A DNA stretch of 64,000 nucleotides from assembly GCF_006345805.1 (NCBI RefSeq), contig NC_043014.1:29574001-29638000 (forward strand), given 5' to 3'. The stretch comes from Octopus sinensis (Eukaryota). The position numbers and the translations under genes are program-made. Below, piece by piece: positions 55,566-64,000 of the stretch (position 1 is the stretch's first letter; the number at the start of each line of letters is the position of its first letter). The notes under the pieces were generated by a model. That model did no database searches, was not told the DNA's origin, and saw nothing but the letters and a program-made list of their open reading frames with translations.

Positions 55566-56008
55566 CCACATTAAATGTTCATACAGCACCAGGAGAGAAG
55601 ACAAAGAGACAAAATAAACTAGCAAAAAAATTACTGGATAATTCCAGATACCAGATTTCTGGCTCTACATAAGAAATGCTCTGCCTTCATCAGTGGAATA
55701 TACTCAGATGGCACATAAATACAAATATATATATATAACATACATATACTTACATATACAAACGTATACATACATATATATGCACGTATGCACACGACCA
55801 GTATGTTTACATTTGTATATGTAAGTATTTGTGTGTTATATATATATATTTGTATTTATGTGCTATCTGGGTATATTCCACTGATGAAGGCAGAACATTT
55901 CTTATGCAGAACCAGAAATCCAGGATCTGGAATTATCCAGTAATTTTTTTGCTAATTTATTTTGTCTCTTTGTCTTCTCTCCTGGTGCTGTATGAACATT
56001 CAATGTGT
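55566..56008. mobile_element. Fold-back PLE terminus (family P3): about 205-bp arms, about 30-bp spacer, one HHR per arm
   Basis: 55566-55773 is inverted at 55801-56008. Confidence 0.85.
55875..55933 (+). ncRNA. Minimal type I hammerhead ribozyme (canonical core); antisense copy at 55641-55699
   Basis: Stem I ATTCCA/TGGAAT; CTGATGA; a-GG...CC-a stem II; GAAA; stem III TCC-a-GGA; triplet ATC. Confidence 0.75.
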
Positions 56009-56691
56009 GTGTATATATATAGTTAATCCAAACATGAAAACACAAAGAGAAAACACAACAATGCGAGGACGTGGAACAAATATAGTATTATTGGACGCTC
56101 AGGAAGGAAGGGAAGAAGGAATGTAATCAGGATTTTAGTGAATCAGGCACTTAAATGGTAAGGCATCAGCTGTAGTGGCTTGACACATTATCCATCTGTT
56201 ATTTTTTTATTTATCACACACACACACACTTAATGATTGCCTCATCTTGTCAGATGATAGTCTTTTCACATTCAAATGATAGTGAATCATCTGTAAATTT
56301 TGGATTTAAGTGACAAAAGCTTGTACAACCCTTTTTTGCCACTCTCTCTGCCACCATAGTAGGTTCCAGTGATAAAGTGATAAGCTTCACAAGATGACTG
56401 GTACTATTTTTACTGAAAGTTTTACTTCAGAGTATATATATATATATAAACACACACACATGCATATGCACACATATGTTTCACAAACATATATGCATTG
56501 ATCTAAAGTTCTTTATCTAAGATTAAAGACACTTCATTCAATATTTTTATCACTAAGATTTCACATTATCTCATGTGATTATCTTATATTTTAGATGGAG
56601 ATGCTTCTCTTGGTCATACTTTTGTTATTGGTCATTAAGGTGTTGATGGGTTGGTCTTGACAGTGGTTAATGATAGGTGGTGGTGGTGGGG

Positions 56692-56727
<36 letters not shown>

Positions 56728-57479
56728 ACAAAGGTTGATTTAGATAGGTAGGTGGATGGGTGGGTAGGTAGGTAGGCAGGCAGGCAGGGAGGTTGACAGA
56801 CAGATAGAAGATAGATAAATCGATGGATGAATAAATACCCACTGTGACCTTAGAAAATATATGCATACACTAAGCGAAATTTTCCACAGGCTATGAAGAA
56901 AGTGTAGTTTTTGAATTATTAAAATTCATCTGAGTTCATCTAAGGGTAAAATTACAGACTGTATCTCAAAAATAACATTCTTATTTTACAATTTTCCTTA
57001 GCACAAATCCTGTACCCTAAGGCAGCGCCAGAGAAGTCTCTATTTGTACACACACAGATGCATACACATATATATATGCACATATATCTACACACACAAA
57101 GACACACGTGTATATGGATGCATCATCATTTGTCTTCCATGCTAGCATGGTTTGGAAGGTTTGACAGGTACTGGTGAGCCACAGGCCTGCATCATGTTCC
57201 AGTGTCATCTTTGGCATGGTCTCTGTGGCCAGATGTCCTTTCTAATGCTAGCCACTATACAGTGTGCACAGGGTGGGTTTTTTTTTTCCATATCATTGGC
57301 ACAAACGTAGTTGCCAAATAACTTGCATGATGAGAAAAGAGCAAAAAAGGAAAAGAGCCTTTGATTAAATGGGATACGAATTTGAGAGAGCGAGAGAGAT
57401 ATGGCTTTATACCAGGTGTCAGGAGTACAGGTTTTTTGCTATAGCTAAAATACATGGTTATTCTGCAATATATAAGGGT

Positions 57480-58070
57480 GGGTGGGAGCAGCTGAGAAGA
57501 TAAGATGGCAGTGATGGGGTGCCAGACAGGATATAGGCAATGGATCAGGAGGAGGTAAGGAGTTATAAGAATAACAGATGGTTTGAAATGAGGGTAGAAG
57601 TGAATGTAGTGAGTGATGAAGAGTGGTGGTGTGGTTTGATTGGAAATATCAGTATTGGTGGGAAGGGATAAGGTAAGAGGGTAGAAGTGGATCAGATGAT
57701 ACATGAAGAAGTAGTGGATGTTGAATGGTGGGGAGGGAGATGTAGAGATACATAAAAGTATCTGTAGTGAGTGACTGATACAAGATGTTGAGAATGATAA
57801 GTATGAGAGGTATTAAGATGAAATATGACAGGGAAAAGTGGAGATAACTGGAGGCCCAGAAAAGAGGTGATTGATGAAAATAGTGTGGAAAGGGATGATA
57901 ATGAGAATGAGGGATTGAAGTAGGAGGAGAGAGGCAGTAACTGGTTGTGCAAAGAGTTATGGTAATATGTGTCAAGGAGAGATGGAAGTTGGGGAAAGAG
58001 AGTAGGAAGATGAAATGTGGGGAATGATCGAAGGAGCAATATGGGTGTAGGGACAGGGCCTAGTACATAC
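57480..58070 (-). mobile_element. Very old C/T-rich LINE-like remnant (I/Jockey-like RT); similar tracts at about 60330-60770, 58870-59060, 52400-52620 and 42170-42650
   Basis: Only weak motif echoes (SSY-P-SLS-LS, PHHSTST, TDIS, STGTIPSH). Confidence 0.3.
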
Positions 58071-58094
58071 AAGTGTAGATAAAATGTTTATAGA

Positions 58095-58500
58095 ACATCA
58101 TATTTGCTGTGATGGGTGGGTCTTCTCAAGCACAGAAAATTGCCAATCAGCTTGGTCCTTTGTCATCTCCTCCATGAAACTCAGCATTTTGAGATCATCC
58201 TCCACTACTTTGTCCTCGTCTTTGTCAGGTCTGTCTCTTCTACAAGTTTCATCAAAGACTTCTTTATGCAGCTGCCTTCATTCAAATGAATTACATGATT
58301 GAATCAACACAATCTCCTCTCTTGCATACTATATCTGATACCCCTTATGTCTAATTTTCGTTGTACATGCACACTAACATTATACATTTAATGGATCATA
58401 CTAGCTTCATTCCTCTTCACATGTCCTCTACATTCAATGCCTGCATCTTATTGCTATGTAGCATTGTTGTTTGTACACAAGCATCTTACAATCTGTCTTT
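58095..58500 (-). mobile_element. RTE LINE 3' end fragment
   Basis: RL*DACVQTTMLH...NVEDM and the downstream RRGR/DKVV-DDL-like region. Confidence 0.8.
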
Positions 58501-59178
58501 ATATTTTATACATGTATGCATGCATGCATGCATGTGTTTTGGGGTTTTTTATTTCCTGCCATCTACATCTTTTCACTGACTGTAAACAACAGTCTGGCTC
58601 TCGATACAAGAAATATACTTGCAGTTATCCACAAAAGCATGTCTGGGCTACTTGACATGTATTGACTTGTTGCATGATTTTGTAAAAACAAAAATGCACA
58701 TTCACATGATGTCATTTCACAGTTCACCAAGCTATTTGTATGCAACAGTAAGGGCATCCAGCTTTAGAAAATCTGCCTCAACAGATTCCATCTGACTCGT
58801 GATCATTAAAATGTGGATGTTGATAATGGTGGTGTGTGTGTGTTAAAAGGATGATGATGGCTCTGTGTGTGTGTATCTTATATAACTTATAAAATTGTAA
58901 TGGTAGGGTGAGTTATTTTTGGATAAAATGAGAAGGGTGCAAGAGTGTTAGTGTGAGAGAAAGGATGTGGCACAGGGAGAGTGAATGATATCAGGAAAGT
59001 GGAAGACACAGTTGTGTAAGCAACAAATATGGAGAGGCAGTGGGATGGTAACATTAATACAGTTGTCATTCATGGATACACATGCATACGCTTTCAATCA
59101 GTTTAACCAAGCCAAGTCGTAGTAGACAGAAGACAACTTATGAAAACAGTGTTTATGTGTGTGTATGTATGTCACATG

Positions 59179-59385
59179 CTCTTTACTCTTTACTCTTTTA
59201 CTTGTTTCAGTCATTTGACTGCGGCCATACTGGAGCACCGCCTTTAATCGAACAACTCGACCCCGGGACTTATTCTTTTGTAAGCCCAGTACTTATTCTA
59301 TCGGTCTCTTTGCCGAACCGCTAAGTAACGGGGACACAAACACACCAGCATCGGTTGTCAAGCAATGCTAGGGGGACAAACACAC
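59179..59385 (-). mobile_element. Family A SINE, 3' half only
   Basis: ctctttactcttttacttgtttcagtcatttgactgcggcc...ggggacaaacac. Confidence 0.88.
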
Positions 59386-60769
59386 ACACACATATATATG
59401 AATACACATATACTTATGACATAACACACAAATCCTACGACTGTATTTGTGATTAAACCAAACTCGTTCTTTTTTCTCACCCCATCTCTCTCTCGCTCGC
59501 TCTCACACACACACACACCCGCACACGTTTTTCATATCCTGCTCTTCCTCACTCTGGAGCTTTGCGATGTTACTGTTAATTCTCTGACTCATTAACTTAG
59601 GCAACATTGGGTATTTCAGCTAGTATACGTATATAAATTTTGGTTGATTGGTTGATTCTCCAGTCACTCTTTATATTATTTATAGAGGAAGAAAGAGGGA
59701 GTAAAAGAGAAATACAGAGAAAATTAGCAGAATAAGTACGAGTGCATATACTAGGCTTGGTGAAAGGAAATAAGTAAAGGAACACTGCATGTGTGTGCAC
59801 ACACACACACACAGAGTGAGAGACAAAGCATCATAGAGACAGGGGTGAGGGTGAAGAAATATATAACAAATAGTATTTTTCTTTCAAAAAAATTAGTATT
59901 CATTTCATCATTTTGCATGAGAATCAAGAAATTTTATAAAAGTTAAATTCTGAGTAGTCTGTCTATGATATTATTCATGGTGGCAAAAATATACTTCCAA
60001 AATTATGTATCATGATGGGTAGGTAAGTAGATTGATTGATTAATTGATTGATTTTTTACTGGGTGTAAGCCAGCTGATTGATAGTTGGCTGTTAAGCTAC
60101 ATTCAACAAATAATTTCTTCACTTTCCATATTTCATTGAGTATACATAATGTATTGAGTATAACCAGTGATAGAAGACTACTTCAAAAGCCTTGTCCATG
60201 CCTTGTCCATTATATGTTAGCATGGGTTGAATGAAACTTCTTGAGGCATTATTTTATCTACAGTTGCCCTTCTAATGATTTGTTTGTCTAGTAAGGATTT
60301 CAACTAATTTACAGTACTTTTTATGTGGTACCAACACTGACAGGGTCACCATATACCTTGCAAGACAAAAGACAGAAAATGTAAAATATCCTCAACTGGG
60401 AGGGAGTAGTAGTATTTGAGTGTGATGGAATTGTACCTGTTGAGATATTAATGGTATAGAGGGATTGAGATAGGTTCTTGCTGTAGATACATGGATACTC
60501 CAGTTGAACAGTAAAGGAGAGTGAATTAGGAAATAAGATAAGGAGAGCAATAGTGAGAGAGATGAGTTGGGACATGCCCAAGAGGGACTTAGAGGGTAGA
60601 GAGAATAGGTGAACTGATATAAAGGTTTGAACTGAGTGAGTGAGCAGGATAGAGGTGACTGTAGCAAATGATGGAGAGAAACCTAGGAGAGACTTGGGAC
60701 TGGGGATTGCAGTAGATATGTGAGGGTGTTGAGGATGATAGCAGATACAGCAATGTGTGAGCACAGGGG

Positions 60770-62410
60770 AGAAGGTGCAGAAAGGAGGTAATTGATGGAG
60801 ACAATAGGCACCTTTTGTTTGTCCATAGCTTGCACTAAGTACACTGAATGGAATTCCTGCTTACACATATTGAGCTGAAGGGGATAGGGTCCTGTCTGTC
60901 TTCTTGCTTGCTAGGACCTTGGTCTTTAAGTTAACTTGAAAGCCCTTCAATTCCAGGTTTAGCTTTTCTAATTCTGTTACAGATTCTGCTATGAGAACAA
61001 GATCTTCAGCATATAGTAGTTCCTATGGGTAGCCGGTCATAAATTCTTCTGTTATGGCCTGGAAGACAATGGTGAATAGGATAGGGCTGGGGACTGTACA
61101 CTAAATTTGCCTATCCCTAGCTTCCTCAGAGACCACTATATCACAGAGTGAAGTACTCTGTCAAAGGTTTTCTCCAGATCAACAAATGCCAAGTACAATG
61201 GCTTATTCTTAGTTAAATACTTTGACTATGAAAATAATATCAGTAGTGATTCTCCCTAGCACAAAGCCAAACTCCATTTCATCTAACCTTATTCTGTCCT
61301 TAATTAAGTGGGCTATAACTCTCTATGTAACTTTCACCTGACCCAGCAATTTGATGCCTCTGTCTAATGCATCTGCCTTACCCTTGTAGCAGCTGACTAT
61401 ACTATATGAGTGACTAGACTGTATCCTACTATACCAGATATTTTAAGCATCTCAGCAGTGACTCCTGAGGGACCAGAGGATTTCCCCATCTTCATATCTT
61501 TAATTGCCTTATCTGTCATACTGCTATCAGCTAGAATAGCTGGTCCCTCTGTTGGGTTCACATAGGGGAGACTTCCTTTCTCTCATTTATTCTTCACATT
61601 TAATAGCCTTTCATAGTAGCTCTTCCGTGCCTCTTTCTTTTGAGAATCACTAAGTGCAAGCATACCATTATCCATCCATACACACATCTCTCCCTCAACT
61701 TAATTTTCTCTGACACACTGTCTAGTAATCCAGAACATCTCAAGCCTCTGATTTTCACACTATAAGACACTGACAAGCCTCTTCCTTTCTGAGCTTCTAC
61801 ACCAGCTAGATAAACTTGACACCTAGCTTCCTTTTTAGGCACCTGATATGATTTTTTGCTACCCTACTTTTCCTCTTTCCAAACCCGGCTCTTCCCATTT
61901 ATGGCCCCATTGACCTCAATGTTGTACCACCATGTCTCCCTTGGTCTAGCATATTTAGTCTGTTTCCCTCAGTAGATAATCCTGTAAAAACTTCCAGTTG
62001 TTCTCCATGTTATATGTCTCTGTCTCTTCCTCCTTCTCATCAAATGCTTCATTAAAAACGTCTCTAAACCTATGCCTATTTGAAGGACCTTTCAGCTTCC
62101 ATAACCTCCCTTTCCATGTCGGTTTGTGTCTATGGGTCCTTCTAGCCCTAAGTCTGGAGTCACTGACCACTGACCTGGGAAGGATTTTGCATTCATGAAC
62201 ATTAGCCTGTCCCTGTTTCTGGTGAGAATGTAGTCCATCTGGATAATGTGCCCATCAGACTGGTAAGTAATCAAATGGCTGGCAGGTTTCTTGATGTCAG
62301 TATTGCAAACCAGTAAATCATTTGTATCACAAAACGTTAGAATCCTTGTTCCCTCCTCATTTCCAGAACCAAAGCCGTAAGCTCCATACATGCCAGTCCA
62401 ACATGTGAAT
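60770..62410 (-). mobile_element. Degenerate RTE LINE (APE C-terminus, linker, internally deleted RT, Cys motif)
   Basis: GAYGFGSGNEEGTRILTFCDTNDLLVCNT, QMDYILTR, QFGFVLG, LLYAEDL and NSIQCT*CKLWT-KRC. Confidence 0.92.
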
Positions 62411-63615
62411 CATATATAGAGATAAATGACACTGTTACACATTAAACAAGACTATTTGGGGTTTAATAATCCTCTTGTGCAGCCTGACTGCCTTAATCAC
62501 TTATCCAACTATTTTTCTGCTGAAAGAATACCTACACCGCTTAAACTGTTGCCATTGCCCATCAAAAAAAATTTGTCTCTGTGCTCCTTGCCCGCAAGCA
62601 GTCTGACTGAGGTTCCACTTCATTGTACCTATTGCACACAGTACACATCTACATGCCTCTGCTTGAGCATTTCAACAATATCACCAGACCTACCTTTCAT
62701 TGTACCAACCTTAATTGTGAAAGCTCTAACCTTGTGGACCTGTGAAGCCTGAGAGGGTAGTTGGAGGTGATGTTTTCAGCATCTGGAAAGACATTTGCAG
62801 TCGTTAACTTGGTGGCAGCGAGTCCTTGTGCATATTGAAAGCAGGTATTGGTTGTTGCATGGATTACAATTACAATATCCTTCAGTCTTGTAAAACCTTC
62901 ATGAGTACACAACTACTAGTGCAGAGGGGGAGGAAAAAAACTTTTGTTATTATTACAAAGCCATCGAGTAATTTTCAGCAATGCAGAAGGAGCCAAGCAC
63001 ACTTTGACAATAAATATTTATTATCATCATCATCATAGTGTAAACATATGTACATATATACACACATTTACACATAAGGCACAGACACGAACATACTTAT
63101 ATAATATGCAGTCACATATACATACAAATATATGCATGTGGACCCACAGGAGACACATATACATATATCTACCCATATACCCATGCACTCATATAACACT
63201 TCATAGACTGTTATATTGTCATCTGCAATATCCCTCGACAATATCTATCATTTAATATATTAAAATTGTTTATTATATGTACAGCATTATATGGAATGAT
63301 ATAAATTGCATATTTTACAAATTTTTTTCTTTTAAATTAAAAAGGGTGAAAAACAGTCAACCGTGGCAGAATTTGAACTCTGAATGTAAAGACTGCTAAG
63401 CATTTCACTCAGCATGCTGGCAATTCTACCAGTTCTTGTAATATATATTACAAGATGTAATGATATCTAACCCAGAATCTTCAGTGTTCAAATTTTAGAA
63501 AATCAAAACCAGTTTTGACATTAAAACAAAAAAGTTAGCAAGCATTATGATATATCTATTTTGAAACATTTATATATTTATTCTGGTAATTCAGAAAGCC
63601 AAGTTATTTTTTCAG

Positions 63616-63677
63616 ATTTTCTATAGTTTGCTGGTTACTTTTTCATTATCTATCCCTCCTGAAAGATTACATTAAAG
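63616..63677 (+). CDS. Candidate internal exon of the plus-strand gene
   Basis: Acceptor ttatttttttcag, donor AAG|gtatgc; the single open frame FSIVCWLLFHYLSLLKDYIK is phase-compatible with the exon ending at 36300; alternative acceptor at 63626. Confidence 0.4.
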
Positions 63678-64000
63678 GTATGCTAGTGTGTATTATACAG
63701 GAGATATATTTTTTCTGACATTTCATTGTCCATAAATAGTGATGCATATTATATACAAATAAATGTAGTATACATGTGTGTGTATTGTATATCTGTGTGT
63801 GAATATGTACATATTTGTGTGGTGCGATATGAACATTTAACGTGGTTTTATAGTCAGAGTTTCGACTGCTATTTCGGCATGTTGGTGTCTTTTAGACACC
63901 CTCATTTTTAATTGTTAAAAATTTTTTTACCTTTGTAAGGTATTTCTTTCATGCTGGCCACTTGATAATTTCGACACTTAAATATCGATATTATCCTCAT

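Noticed and set aside
129-63911. Numerous ORF-track entries rich in YI, CV, HT or MYVC
   Set aside because: They are translations of (TA)n, (TG)n and (TATG)n microsatellites, not genes

Overview
AT-rich, repeat-dense animal genomic DNA, almost certainly an Octopus species (inferred from the SINE, RTE and microsatellite content). It is not prokaryotic, and nearly all ORF-track entries are microsatellite artefacts. There is one 100-N assembly gap (10705-10804). Most of the window is transposon debris: several tRNA-derived SINE families, five mariner fossils, RTE LINE fragments, two MITEs and a non-autonomous Helitron. A probable bidirectional promoter at about 25.7-26.4 kb drives a minus-strand transcript and a plus-strand gene with candidate 15-nt and 17-nt microexons and very long introns (product not identified). 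The most notable signal is a set of Penelope-like element (PLE) insertions with fold-back architecture. One is a young 3.1-kb palindromic PLE (RT + GIY-YIG) inserted inside a SINE's TA tract; four smaller hairpin copies come from other families. About nine minimal type I hammerhead ribozyme (HHR) motifs lie in PLE termini, and three families carry a C at core position 4 (CCGANGA) instead of the canonical U. All motif calls were made by eye, with no database or folding computation.
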